Shown here: positions 38,105 to 48,791 of the stretch, piece after piece
Numbering within the stretch: the stretch's first letter is position 1
Layout of the letters: each line of letters opens with the position of its first letter
Assembly (NCBI GenBank): GCA_964405655.1
Contig: CAYOOO010000006.1
Coordinates: 3,671-67,670, forward strand
From: an uncultured Gammaproteobacteria bacterium
Lineage (GTDB): Bacteria; Patescibacteriota; Microgenomatia; Daviesbacterales; UBA10151
Direction: 5' to 3'
DNA length: 64,000 nucleotides
Notes under the pieces: model-generated
What the model was told of the DNA's origin: nothing
Databases searched by the model: none
Seen by the model: only the letters and a program-made list of their open reading frames with translations
Position numbers and translations under genes: made by a program

Positions 38105-40332
38105 AAATTTTATTTATCGCAGAATTTTTTCCTGCTAGTTTGGATTTAATATTTAGTGGTGGAGTAGAATCTTACAATTACTACTTAATAAAAGAACTTT
38201 CAAAAAAACATCAAATTATTGTTATTACTAGAAATAGTAGCTTAAGTCCTAAGCAAGAAATTAAGATCAAAAATGTTAAAATTGTTCGCCTTGGGAAGAA
38301 GACCTCAAAAATTGATACCAGCCTCTCAACTATCCCCGCTAGACTGGGTTTCTTCTTTTATGCTTTGGTAAGGGGCTTAAAAGAGGAGTTCGATATTGTT
38401 CAAGGAAATAATTTTATAACACACCCCATAGCTTTTATGATTGGAATGATAAAAAAAAAGCCCACGGTAGCATGGTATCCTGATGTTTTTATAGGAAAAT
38501 GGATCGATCTATTTGGATTTACTTCAGGACTTATTGGCGAGTTGTCAGAAAGAATAACATTAAGTTTACCATGGTCAAAAGTTATTGCTCTTAGCGAATC
38601 CACTAAGAGTAAATTGATAGGTAAAGGTGTAAATCAAGATAAGATCTCTACCATTTATGCAGGTATTGATTTAAATGATTTTTCGAAGATAAGAAGTAAA
38701 AAAAATAAAAAGTTTACTATTATTTGTATCTCGAGACTGGTTAGTTATAAAGGGGTAGATGTTTTGATAAATGCTGCTAAAATTCTTAAAGAAAAGAATC
38801 TTGATTTTTCTGTTCAGATTATTGGACAAGGCCCCCAGCAAAAAAAATTAGAAAGAGTAGTCGATGAGTTTAATCTTACGAATGAATTCTCCTTTGAATC
38901 TCAACTTACCAGAAAGGAGTTAATTAAAAGATTAAAGTCTTCCTCATTGCTTTGCTTACCTTCTTATGAGGAAGGTTTTGGTTTGGTATTGCTGGAGGCT
39001 GCAGCAGCAGGAATTCCTTATGTAGCTTCCAACTTAACAGTTCTGAAAGAAGTCACCAAAAATGGTTTAGGAGGACTCTTTTTTAAGACAGGAAACTCTG
39101 ATGATTTAGCTTCTAAAATAACTCTGCTAGTAAAAGACAAAAAATTGCTAATTGATAAAATTCGGGAGACTAAATTTTTGTCTAAACTGTACTCTTGGTC
39201 ACAAATCACCAATCAGTTTGAAAAAGAATACGAAAAATTATTCAAAGAAAAAATAAAGATATTAATGCTTAACGATGCTTGGTTCCCGCATGTGGGTGGA
39301 GGACAGGTTCATACATGGGAGCTCTCAAAAAAACTTGCTGACCTAAGTTGTGAGATAACTATAATAACCAGGAACTTGGGGGAATGGTCTTATTCTTATC
39401 CAACTGTTCGAGTTCGAAGAGTTGGCTTCATTAAAACATTTTCCAATTTTTTTGGTCGTTTAGAATATCTTATTTTGGCACTTTTCTACTGCCTAACTGA
39501 AGATTATCAGATCCTTCATGCTCACGCTTTTTCTCCTGGACTAATAACACCAATCGTAAAGTTTTTTAGAAATAAATTAATAGTTTTTACTGTTCATGGT
39601 CAGGGAGTGAAAATTGCCGGTCTGGGAATTGGATCAAAATTTTTAGAAGATCTAATCTTTTACAAAATTGGCTATGACCTAGAAATCACAGTAGCTAGGA
39701 GTACGTTAAAACAAAAACCTATGGCTAAAAAAGTGGTGGTTATTCCTAATGGTGTTGATATCAATAAATTTTCTAAATTCAAAAGATTTCGAAAAAAAAT
39801 ACACAATTTAGCCTATGTGGGTAGAATCTCTTATGAAAAAGGTGTTGATTTATTAATTAAGGCTTATAAAAATCTTTTAAGAAATAGAAGATTTAACCTT
39901 CTGATAGTAGGAGAGGGACCTGAAAAAGATAAAATAGTAAAAATGTCTAAAGGACTTCCAATAAGATTCTACGAAACAGTTACGGGAGATAAATTGCTCA
40001 GTATACTTAGTAAGGTAGATCTACTGGTTATTCCATCAAGAAGCGAAGGCTTACCCTTGATATTATTTGAGTCTTGGGCAATGGGCTTACCTGTTTTAGC
40101 AACTAGAGTCGGAGATTTACATTATTACATCAAAGATGGTAGAAATGGTTTCTTGGCAAATGTAGATTCTGATTCGTTAAAAGAAAATATTAATAAAGCT
40201 ACAAAAATAAGATCTTTAGAGAGTATTTCTAGAAGAGGTTTGAAAGATGTCCAAAATTACAACTGGGAAAGAGTTGGGAAATTAACTTATCAAAATTACC
40301 AAAAATTATTAAGAAGTTATGAAAAATCCTAA
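38101..40332 (+). CDS. Tandem double GT4 glycosyltransferase
   Basis: Two complete GT-B units: MKILF...EEGFGLVLLEA...YSW and IKILML..GGGQ...SEGLPLILFES...YNW. Confidence 0.88.
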   Translation: MKILFIAEFFPASLDLIFSGGVESYNYYLIKELSKKHQIIVITRNSSLSPKQEIKIKNVKIVRLGKKTSKIDTSLSTIPARLGFFFYALVRGLKEEFDIVQGNNFITHPIAFMIGMIKKKPTVAWYPDVFIGKWIDLFGFTSGLIGELSERITLSLPWSKVIALSESTKSKLIGKGVNQDKISTIYAGIDLNDFSKIRSKKNKKFTIICISRLVSYKGVDVLINAAKILKEKNLDFSVQIIGQGPQQKKLERVVDEFNLTNEFSFESQLTRKELIKRLKSSSLLCLPSYEEGFGLVLLEAAAAGIPYVASNLTVLKEVTKNGLGGLFFKTGNSDDLASKITLLVKDKKLLIDKIRETKFLSKLYSWSQITNQFEKEYEKLFKEKIKILMLNDAWFPHVGGGQVHTWELSKKLADLSCEITIITRNLGEWSYSYPTVRVRRVGFIKTFSNFFGRLEYLILALFYCLTEDYQILHAHAFSPGLITPIVKFFRNKLIVFTVHGQGVKIAGLGIGSKFLEDLIFYKIGYDLEITVARSTLKQKPMAKKVVVIPNGVDINKFSKFKRFRKKIHNLAYVGRISYEKGVDLLIKAYKNLLRNRRFNLLIVGEGPEKDKIVKMSKGLPIRFYETVTGDKLLSILSKVDLLVIPSRSEGLPLILFESWAMGLPVLATRVGDLHYYIKDGRNGFLANVDSDSLKENINKATKIRSLESISRRGLKDVQNYNWERVGKLTYQNYQKLLRSYEKS

Positions 40333-41038
40333 AATTACTGTCTTAATGCCAGTTTATAATTGTTCAAGATATATTGGAGAATCTATAAATAGCATTTTAA
40401 ACCAATCTTTTAAAGATTTTGAATTAATCATTATTGATGATGGTTCAACTGATGAAACGTTTAAAGTTATAAAAAAAATTCGAAGTAAAAAAATTAAATT
40501 ATTTAAGAATAAACATAACTTGGGGATTGCTAAATGTTTAAATATTGGTTTGAAAAAAGCTAGGGGAGAATTTATTGCCAGATGTGATGGAGATGATATT
40601 AATTTTTCAGAAAGATTTAAAATTCAAAAAGATTTTCTTGAAAGTCGTCCAGACTATGTCTTAGTCTCAAGTAATGCGTTCTTAATTAACGAGCAGGGCA
40701 AAAACATCGGTAAATTGATATTTCCTAGTTCTGATAAGGCCGTAAGGAGAATAATTTTTTTAAAAAATCCGATAATTCATTCTGCAGTTATGTATAGAAA
40801 AAAAACAATTAAAAAGATAAACGGTTATCGTGAACTTTTCAATTTAGGAGGTGAAGATTATGATCTTTGGTTCAGATTGATGAAGCAAGGAAAATTTCGG
40901 ACATTACCAAAGTTCCTGATTAAAAGACGAATCACCGAAAATGTTTTTACTAAAAAATTTCATTTTCGGATCGAAGTACTGGCTTTATTGGTTAGAGTCA
41001 TTAATCTACCATTATTACTTAAATTTTTATCAAAATGA
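40319..41038 (+). CDS. GT2 glycosyltransferase
   Basis: MPVYN, IDDGSTD, ARCDGDD, HSAVM, EDYDLW. Confidence 0.9.
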   Translation: MKNPKITVLMPVYNCSRYIGESINSILNQSFKDFELIIIDDGSTDETFKVIKKIRSKKIKLFKNKHNLGIAKCLNIGLKKARGEFIARCDGDDINFSERFKIQKDFLESRPDYVLVSSNAFLINEQGKNIGKLIFPSSDKAVRRIIFLKNPIIHSAVMYRKKTIKKINGYRELFNLGGEDYDLWFRLMKQGKFRTLPKFLIKRRITENVFTKKFHFRIEVLALLVRVINLPLLLKFLSK

Positions 41039-42153
41039 TTAACTTGAAAATATGTTCTCCTCAACTTGGAATTTCACCAAAATCCTATCTTGGAGGTGAA
41101 ATCTGTGATCGAGAGATACTTAAAGGTGTTGCTAAAAAGTATGTAAAAGTAGAAATTATTCTGCCTAAAGGAAAACAATTTGACAAAAATGTAAAAAACT
41201 GGAATATAACACCGGTAGCCATTTCTCGTGCCCCAGCCATCCTTTATAATTTTATTTTTCTGCCATACTTGTTTAAAATTTATAAAAAATCAAGGTTTGA
41301 TGTATTGAGGATTCACTCTCCGCGTTATATAGGACTAGGAGCTTTGATTTTTAAATTTTTTCATCCAGAGATTAAATTACTAGCCTCGTATCATAATTTC
41401 TGGGAGACAAATTTTAATTACTTATCAAAATGGATTAATAATCAGTGGGACCATATTTTCTGTGACTCAAGATATGTGAGTCAAAAGATGCATTTTGTTT
41501 ACAAAATACCATTGTCAAAAATATCTTATGGCTATAATGGAGTTTCAGAGAAGCTTAAACCAAGAACCAAAAATAGAAAACTTTTAAAAAAATTAAAAAT
41601 TGAAAATAAGACAATTCTTTTATTTGTAGGAACATTTACCAAAAGGAAAAACCCCCTATTTCTACTGGATGTTTTGGACATTTTAGTAAAAAGAAATCTA
41701 GAGGTCATTTTGTTTTATCTTGGGAAAGGCGCTCTTAAGAAAAAAATTCTTAAAAAGGCAGCAGATCTTAATTTATTAGAAAACATTAGAATAATTGATC
41801 CAGTCTATGGTCAAGAAAAAAACCAAATATTTAATCTTGCCGATATTTTTGTTCATCCATCAATGGAAGAAGGGTTTTCTCTAGTTGTAGTAGAAGCAAT
41901 GGCCTGTTCAAAACCAGTGATCATTACAAATGACTATTCAGCTCCTGAACAAGTAATTAATGGCGTGAATGGGTTCTTATGTAAGGTAAATAACCTCAAA
42001 GAATGGGCTAGTAAGATAGAAATCCTAATTAAAGATGACCAATTAAGGAAAAAAATGGGAAAGCATGGAGAAGATTTGGTCAGAAAAAAATTTCAATGGA
42101 AGTACGCTGTAGAAGAACATATAAAGATTTTTAATAAGCTGAAAAATGAGTAG
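41035..42153 (+). CDS. GT4 glycosyltransferase
   Basis: GGEI, RKNP, EEGFSLVVVEAMAC, FQW. Confidence 0.9.
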   Translation: MINLKICSPQLGISPKSYLGGEICDREILKGVAKKYVKVEIILPKGKQFDKNVKNWNITPVAISRAPAILYNFIFLPYLFKIYKKSRFDVLRIHSPRYIGLGALIFKFFHPEIKLLASYHNFWETNFNYLSKWINNQWDHIFCDSRYVSQKMHFVYKIPLSKISYGYNGVSEKLKPRTKNRKLLKKLKIENKTILLFVGTFTKRKNPLFLLDVLDILVKRNLEVILFYLGKGALKKKILKKAADLNLLENIRIIDPVYGQEKNQIFNLADIFVHPSMEEGFSLVVVEAMACSKPVIITNDYSAPEQVINGVNGFLCKVNNLKEWASKIEILIKDDQLRKKMGKHGEDLVRKKFQWKYAVEEHIKIFNKLKNE

Positions 42154-42925
42154 TCTTAAAAAAATATTAGTCATAATCCTAAAAAAAATAAGTATTGGAA
42201 GCGCTCTTGCAATAAGATTGACAAAACTGACGGGGAAGTCAAAACTACCGATCCATCCAAAACATTTTTTAACTGATCAACCGTGGTATTTAAAATATAT
42301 CAACAAGACTGATAAAATTTTAGATCTAGGCTGTGGTAATGGTCAAAATTCAATAAAGGCAGCCAAAATTGCCAAACAGGTTATTGGTTTAGAAATTGAT
42401 CAGACGCTACTTGCTATTGCCAAAAAATCTGCCCAATTAAAAAGACTTAAAAACATTGTTTTTAAAAAAGGAGACCTAGAAAAAAAATTAATACTTAAAG
42501 ATAACTCTTTTAATGGAATAATTTTTTTGGACGTACTTGAACATTTAAGAAATCGAGATCAAATCTTAAGAGAACTAAAAAGAGTTCTAAAACCATCTGG
42601 CTACCTATTCTTAGGAGTACCCAGTAGTGAAACATCCTGGAAAAATGTACAAAGAGAAGCAGGTATCTGCTCATTTTCAGACCCTGATCATAAAATAGAA
42701 TTTTCAGAGCCTCAGATTATTAGATTACTAAAAAAACATCAGTTCGAAATCATAAATATTGGCTATAGCAAATATGACACTCCACTCATTGGTTTAATTG
42801 ATATCATAGGTGGATTTTCATTGTCATTATATAAATTTATAAATTATTATCGTCAAATAAAAGCAAATCAGAATCCCAAAGAAGCAAGCGGTTTTGAAAT
42901 TGTAGCTAAAAAGTTAAAAGAATAA
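42146..42925 (+). CDS. Class I SAM-dependent methyltransferase
   Basis: ILDLGCGNG, DVLEHL, RVLKPSG. Confidence 0.9.
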   Translation: MSSLKKILVIILKKISIGSALAIRLTKLTGKSKLPIHPKHFLTDQPWYLKYINKTDKILDLGCGNGQNSIKAAKIAKQVIGLEIDQTLLAIAKKSAQLKRLKNIVFKKGDLEKKLILKDNSFNGIIFLDVLEHLRNRDQILRELKRVLKPSGYLFLGVPSSETSWKNVQREAGICSFSDPDHKIEFSEPQIIRLLKKHQFEIINIGYSKYDTPLIGLIDIIGGFSLSLYKFINYYRQIKANQNPKEASGFEIVAKKLKE

Positions 42926-42934
42926 TGTAAAGAT

Positions 42935-44179
42935 ATGAGAATCCTATTTTTGAGCGAATATTTTCCTCCGTTTGATTTTGGAGGATCAGAATGGAGTACT
43001 TATTATCTAGCTAATCAGTTAGCCAAGAAAGACTTTGATGTAACTATTTTTACACCCAAATTTATCCAGGCTAAATCGAGAGAAACAATCAATGGTTTTA
43101 GTGTGGTTAGATTTCCTCTTTTTATAAAATTCAAGGGGCAACCGAGCCCTACTCTGCAAAACAGTTTAATTTGGTTTTTCTGGACAACTTATCATTTAAT
43201 AAAATACTGCCTATCTGAATCAGTAGATATAATACATATCCAAGGGAAATCTTTTCTCCCAGCAGCAGCAATATGCAAGTTAATTCTGAGAAAACCTTTG
43301 GTAGTTACTTTTCGGGATTATCTTATTCTTTGTCCTCTTGGGATGTGCTTTCTAAGAGGAGAGAGAAAGTGCGATTTTAGAAGCTTTCTTTTTAGAGATA
43401 TTCCAGAATATCTAGAATATTATCAAAAGAATAAAGGTTTCTTTTGGAAGATATTAGTTGTTTTTTCTGCCTTAAGATTAAGATTTTACAATTATTTCAT
43501 AAGAGGTTTGGTAAATTTATCAGATGTGAGGATAGCTAATAGTTATGTGACTAGATCGGTTTATCAATCTTGGGGTTTTAAAAAAATAACTGTCATACCA
43601 AATCCGCATCAGTTTAGTAAATTTTCTAATAATCTCAAAAAAAAATCCCAAATTATTTACGCTGGTCGATTATCACCAGGTAAAGGTCCAGATCTACTAC
43701 TAAATTCAATACCAAAAATTTTGAATAAATTTCCTAAACTAAAGTTCCTTTTCTTTGGAGAAGGTCCCCTTAAACAATTTTTGATAAAAAAGTCAATCGA
43801 TTTAAAAATACGAGATAGAGTAGAGTTTAAAGGTTATATTGATCATCAAATTTTGCAAAATGAAATAGGAAACTCTTTGATAACAGTGACACCTTCAAAA
43901 TGGCTTGAGCCATTCGGCAGAGTACCATTAGAGTCAATTTCTAGGAGAACACCGGTGGTAATCAGTGAGAATATGGGTATTGCTGATTTTATTAACAAAA
44001 GATGGGGAGTTAAAGTAAAGCCACGATCAAAAGATATAGCAGAGGCTGTTATTAGGATAGTTCAAAAAAAGGATTGGTATTTGAATAATTTGCGTCTAGA
44101 TTCTGACATGTTTTTTAAGGATTGGAACGAGAAAATAACTAATGCTCACAACAAGATTTACAAAAGGCTATCAAGATGA
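42935..44179 (+). CDS. GT4 glycosyltransferase
   Basis: FPP..GGSE, DY..LCP, YAGRLSPGKG, EPFGRVPLES. Confidence 0.9.
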   Translation: MRILFLSEYFPPFDFGGSEWSTYYLANQLAKKDFDVTIFTPKFIQAKSRETINGFSVVRFPLFIKFKGQPSPTLQNSLIWFFWTTYHLIKYCLSESVDIIHIQGKSFLPAAAICKLILRKPLVVTFRDYLILCPLGMCFLRGERKCDFRSFLFRDIPEYLEYYQKNKGFFWKILVVFSALRLRFYNYFIRGLVNLSDVRIANSYVTRSVYQSWGFKKITVIPNPHQFSKFSNNLKKKSQIIYAGRLSPGKGPDLLLNSIPKILNKFPKLKFLFFGEGPLKQFLIKKSIDLKIRDRVEFKGYIDHQILQNEIGNSLITVTPSKWLEPFGRVPLESISRRTPVVISENMGIADFINKRWGVKVKPRSKDIAEAVIRIVQKKDWYLNNLRLDSDMFFKDWNEKITNAHNKIYKRLSR

Positions 44180-45249
44180 CCTTGGGAATTTTATTATCAC
44201 TTGGTGATAGTTTTTCATCACTGGGAAAGACCGGGCAAAGTTCTAAGTTTTTACAATTTTATATTAAACAATTTGCTCAAAATTTTGAAGAGATCTACAT
44301 CTTTTCCTATGAAAATGAGAATGTTAAAGGTTTACCAAAAAATGTCCATCTTATTCCAAATAAATACATGTTAAATAGATTTGTATATGGATTTGTAATG
44401 CCATTTCAAAATTTTTTGGTTATAAGAGAGTGTGATGTATTTAGGGCTTACCATTTATCCGGAACAATTCCTGCTATAGTGATAAAGATCCTTTGGGATA
44501 AACCGTTTATATTTAATTGGGCTTATGATTATTTTAGATTCGCGATAATAGAAAGGAAATATCTACAAGCTTTTTTATTTAAACTTCTTGGCCCCATTGC
44601 AACTTTTTTTGCAACTAAAATATTTACTGCCAATAAGAAAATATTTTCCAAGTTCAATAAGTCTAAAAGAATTTATTTACCCAATGGAGTAGATGTTGAC
44701 TTCTTTAAACCAACATCAACTTCTAAAAAGACTAGCTTACCTGTTGTTCTGTCAGTAGGTAGACTTGAGTCACAAAAGAACTTTTTAAATTTGGTTAGAG
44801 CAATGCAAAACGTAAAAGCGAAACTGCTGATTGTTGGGAAAGGTAGTTTAAGAAGTGAACTGATAAAAGAGGCTAAGAGGTTAAAAATAAATTTTGAAAT
44901 TATAGAAAGAGTAGATAATAAATTTATGCCAAAAATTTATCAATCATCTACTCTTTTTGTACTACCCTCTCTGCTTGAAGGTCATCCAAAGGCAATGCTT
45001 GAGGCAATGGCTTGTGGAAGAGCTTGTTTAGGTAGCGACGTCGAAGGCATTGCGGAGATTTTAAACAATCAAGATATACTTACTGGAACTGAATCGAATG
45101 AGATTGGGGAAAAGATTAAATATCTACTTTCCAGCAGAGTTAATTTGAAACGCATTGGAAGTAAACTTAGGAAAAGAGTGGTTAAAGATTATAATTTAAA
45201 GAAGTTATTGGTTAAGGAGATAGATTCTTTAAAATCTTTAAAAGTATGA
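44176..45249 (+). CDS. GT4 glycosyltransferase
   Basis: PNGVD, VGRLESQKN, EGHPKAMLEAMACG. Confidence 0.9.
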   Translation: MTLGILLSLGDSFSSLGKTGQSSKFLQFYIKQFAQNFEEIYIFSYENENVKGLPKNVHLIPNKYMLNRFVYGFVMPFQNFLVIRECDVFRAYHLSGTIPAIVIKILWDKPFIFNWAYDYFRFAIIERKYLQAFLFKLLGPIATFFATKIFTANKKIFSKFNKSKRIYLPNGVDVDFFKPTSTSKKTSLPVVLSVGRLESQKNFLNLVRAMQNVKAKLLIVGKGSLRSELIKEAKRLKINFEIIERVDNKFMPKIYQSSTLFVLPSLLEGHPKAMLEAMACGRACLGSDVEGIAEILNNQDILTGTESNEIGEKIKYLLSSRVNLKRIGSKLRKRVVKDYNLKKLLVKEIDSLKSLKV

Positions 45250-45250
45250 T

Positions 45251-46321
45251 ATGAGTAAAAAGATCTGTTTTTTTGGTTCTTTCCTCCCAGAGTATAATAG
45301 GAACCAAGTTTTGTTAACTGGTTTAAAGTCTCACGATATGGAAGTAATATATTGCAATGACCGTTCTCAAAATTTACTGAATCATTACCTATCTTTAATA
45401 AAAAAATTTATTATTAAATGCTTAAAATGTGAAGTTATCTTTGTTGCTGCGGTTTCAACTCATGATGTTTTAGTAGCCTGGATTTTATCAAAGGTTTTTA
45501 GAAAAAAATTAATTTATGATGCTTTTATTTCTTTATATGATACATATGTATTTGATAGACAATATTACAAACCGAAAAGTTTTGCTGCCATAAAATACTA
45601 TTTTTGGGACTACTTAGCCTGTCATTTGTCAGACATGATCTTAACTGATAGTTTACAACATGCTAAATATTTTTCAAAAACTTTCAAAATAAACAGAAAA
45701 AGGATAATGACTATTTACATTGGTGCTGATGAGTCATTTTTTGTTCCTCAATCTACAAATAGAAAATCTAAAAAAAAATTCATTGTGGAATATCACGGCA
45801 GTTTTCAACCTTTACATGGACTAGATTATGTTCTGAAGGCTGCATCTTTACTTGATGATAATAAAGATATACTCTTTAAGTTTGCAGGAAAAGGGCAACT
45901 TAAAAAAAATATAATAGCTCAGGCTAGAAAACTTAAACTTCAAAATGTAAAATTTCTACCCAACTTGGATAAATTCGGCGTTAAACAATTGATTGCATCT
46001 GCAGATGTATGTCTTGGTACTTTTGGTAAAACATTAAAGGCTAATAACACTATCCCCAATAAAGCTTATGAAGTTATTGCGATGGAAAAACCGTTTATTA
46101 ATATGGATTCTGATGCTGCTAGGGAAGTATTTGAAAATAATAAAAATGCGCTACTAGTTTCTAATGATGATCCCAGCAGTTTATCAAACTCTATACTCAG
46201 ATTGAAAAATACTCCAAACCTAGCTCAAAGAATAGCTAAAGAGGCATACCGATTATTTTTACAAAAGTACACATCTATTAGAATTGGTTCACAGCTTATT
46301 AAATATTTTGATAGAATCTAA
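45251..46321 (+). CDS. GT4 glycosyltransferase
   Basis: YHGSFQPLHGL, ADVCLGTFG, IPNKAYE. Confidence 0.85.
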   Translation: MSKKICFFGSFLPEYNRNQVLLTGLKSHDMEVIYCNDRSQNLLNHYLSLIKKFIIKCLKCEVIFVAAVSTHDVLVAWILSKVFRKKLIYDAFISLYDTYVFDRQYYKPKSFAAIKYYFWDYLACHLSDMILTDSLQHAKYFSKTFKINRKRIMTIYIGADESFFVPQSTNRKSKKKFIVEYHGSFQPLHGLDYVLKAASLLDDNKDILFKFAGKGQLKKNIIAQARKLKLQNVKFLPNLDKFGVKQLIASADVCLGTFGKTLKANNTIPNKAYEVIAMEKPFINMDSDAAREVFENNKNALLVSNDDPSSLSNSILRLKNTPNLAQRIAKEAYRLFLQKYTSIRIGSQLIKYFDRI

Positions 46322-46322
46322 A

Positions 46323-47798
46323 ATGAGATACAAGGTAATTAGACTCTTAGGAAATAAATATTTAGGATATGCAATACTTCTTATTTCAGCTCACCTTTTT
46401 TGGTTGAGTATAATCAAGAAACAATACTTCTCAGAACTTTTAATAAATGCCTGGTTTTTATCTTTAAGTAAAGGATTTGTGTCTGAAGCATACTTAAATC
46501 ATCCAGCCATATTAGAAACCTTTTCTGGCTATCTATCCTCTCTGTTAGGGAGTGTTTTTTTAGCCTTGGATATAATTAATCGCTTTTCAGTAGTAATAAT
46601 CGATTTATTACTATTCTTTTATATCTTTAAAAGAAATGGTATCAAAATAGCAACAATAGGATTGTTATTTTTTATCCCATGGCAAATTTTTTTTAAAGGG
46701 GGAGCTGTTTGGTTTGATTTGCTAATTGTTCCATTCTTATTTTTGTCTTACATTACTTTTTCAAATTTTGTTAATTCAAAAAAAAGACAGTATTTATTTC
46801 TAACTGGGTTGGTACTTGCCGCAGGATATTTTTTTAAACAGATAGTTATCAGTTTTTCCCTCTTTTTTTCGATTTGGATTATTGTCGACGGCCTAGTAAA
46901 AAGGAAATTTTCAAAACTTTTTGCTGATTTAGTTATTTTGAATGTTCCAGTTTTAATAGCAATCGTTTTAAACACATTATATTTTTCGACTAAAACCACA
47001 ATAGGGTATGCATTCGAATGGTCCTTTATAATGCCTTTTTTTGTCTATCCACGAATGGAGGTTTATTCAAAAGTTATTAGACCAGAATATCAAATAGTAG
47101 TAACCTCCCTTTTAGTATTTCTATTTTTTTGTCTAATTGTAATTCAAAGATTGCAATTCAAAATGTCTCTACAAAATTTACTCCTCTACTGTGTTACTCT
47201 ACTTTCTTTTTACAACACATTCCCAAGATGGGGTGACTTTAGGATGCAATCTTTTGTTTTCTTTCTTACAATCGTTTTTATCCAAGCCTTACTAAATCTT
47301 AAAGAGTATAAAAACGAATTCCTAAAGCGTTTTTTGATATTTATTTTTTTAGGATTTCTTGCTTTGATACCAAGTTACTATTTTTTTAGAATAAAGGCAG
47401 AGAAAATAACAGGCAACATACATCTGATAACTCTTTATAATGAATTTACCCCGTATAGTAAAGCTTCATTATTTACTGGCAAGAGTGTTTACATTATGGA
47501 TGAGATGACCAATTACGATTATATACCCGAGCCATTTGTTGAGTTAAATCTTTTCCAAAAAGCTCGACTTGTCTATACGAAGCCGGATGAATATATCAAA
47601 ATATTTAGTCCGGCTACAGCTTATGAACATATCCTTGCTAAAAAACCTGATTTTTTGTTAATTCCTCCCTATATTTCAGATGCTATTCAAACAAAAACTT
47701 TAGAAACAAGTAGCAAAGATTTTGGGCATTTAGTCAGTAGTAACTATAAAATAGTAGAACAATTTGATAGCGAGTATATTACCTACCAAAAAATATAA
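46323..47798 (+). CDS. Polytopic membrane protein, probable divergent GT-C glycosyltransferase
   Basis: About 11 TM helices, NHPA loop, WFDL, FFKQ motif and a soluble C-terminal KPDFLLI domain. Start moved to the ATG at 46323. Confidence 0.55.
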   Translation: MRYKVIRLLGNKYLGYAILLISAHLFWLSIIKKQYFSELLINAWFLSLSKGFVSEAYLNHPAILETFSGYLSSLLGSVFLALDIINRFSVVIIDLLLFFYIFKRNGIKIATIGLLFFIPWQIFFKGGAVWFDLLIVPFLFLSYITFSNFVNSKKRQYLFLTGLVLAAGYFFKQIVISFSLFFSIWIIVDGLVKRKFSKLFADLVILNVPVLIAIVLNTLYFSTKTTIGYAFEWSFIMPFFVYPRMEVYSKVIRPEYQIVVTSLLVFLFFCLIVIQRLQFKMSLQNLLLYCVTLLSFYNTFPRWGDFRMQSFVFFLTIVFIQALLNLKEYKNEFLKRFLIFIFLGFLALIPSYYFFRIKAEKITGNIHLITLYNEFTPYSKASLFTGKSVYIMDEMTNYDYIPEPFVELNLFQKARLVYTKPDEYIKIFSPATAYEHILAKKPDFLLIPPYISDAIQTKTLETSSKDFGHLVSSNYKIVEQFDSEYITYQKI

Positions 47799-47804
47799 TT
47801 TTTT

Positions 47805-48791
47805 ATGAAAAAGACTTTGTTGTTTCTTGTGCCTAACGATTCTTCATACCTTTACCCGATTAAAAAAGCTTTTGAGGACTTAGGTTGGAGAGTTAAGAAT
47901 TATGATTACAGAAGAGGTAGTATGGTTATTAGGATTTTAAGATTTATACCGATAATCGGAGGATTCAATAAAGCCAAAACTCTAATTGAAAATGAAATCT
48001 TAAGTTTAAATTCTAAATTACAACCAGGTCTAATACTAGTTATTAAAGGTGAAACTTTAACGAGCAAACTAATAAATGGACTTAAAAGTAAAAACAATAA
48101 AGTTATCAATTGGTTTCCAGATCCGATGGCCTACTGGGATGTTATGGCCAAAATTGTTTCTGATTATGATATCTTTTTCCATTTTGATAAATTTATCATT
48201 AAAAAATTAATAAAAATCTCAAAGAACAAAATACTATATTTACCTTTTGCAGCTGAGATATCTAACGAAAATGTTAATAAGAAAAAATATGACATATCTT
48301 TTGTTGGAACTTATTTACCTTATAGAAAGAAGATTCTATCGTCATTAAAAAAGTTTAAGTTAAATATTTGGGGAGATTCAAGGTGGTTTAAATCATCTCT
48401 TAAGCAATTTGTCAGAGGTGGTAGAATTCATCAGAACAAAATGAAACAAATAATTAGATTGAGTAAAATAAATTTGAACGTATATTATGATTTTTATGCC
48501 GAAGGTTCTAACCTAAGAACTTTTGAAGTAACAGGTACTGGCGGTTTCTTATTGTCAGAATATATCAAAGATTTAAAGAATCTTTTTAAGATTGGTAAAG
48601 AGATTGTTTGTTTCTCTTCTACCAAAGAACTAATTCAAAAAGTCAAATTTTATCTAGAAAGAGACAGATTAAGAGAAGCAATTGCATCAGCAGGTTTTAA
48701 AAGAGCCCAACAGGAACATGATTATTATCTTAGAATTAAACAGATGTTGAGACTTATTATAGTAAGCAATTTTATAAAAGATGAAAATTAA
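47805..48791 (+). CDS. CgeB-like glycosyltransferase (Glyco_trans_1_2)
   Basis: WFPDP, YLPFAA, DISFVG, SKINLN, NLRTFEV.GTGGFLL. Confidence 0.88.
   Translation: MKKTLLFLVPNDSSYLYPIKKAFEDLGWRVKNYDYRRGSMVIRILRFIPIIGGFNKAKTLIENEILSLNSKLQPGLILVIKGETLTSKLINGLKSKNNKVINWFPDPMAYWDVMAKIVSDYDIFFHFDKFIIKKLIKISKNKILYLPFAAEISNENVNKKKYDISFVGTYLPYRKKILSSLKKFKLNIWGDSRWFKSSLKQFVRGGRIHQNKMKQIIRLSKINLNVYYDFYAEGSNLRTFEVTGTGGFLLSEYIKDLKNLFKIGKEIVCFSSTKELIQKVKFYLERDRLREAIASAGFKRAQQEHDYYLRIKQMLRLIIVSNFIKDEN

Noticed and set aside
46323-47798. Wzy polymerase or O-antigen ligase
   Set aside because: The early external loop, KQ motif and soluble C-terminal domain fit GT-C better. The call remains uncertain.
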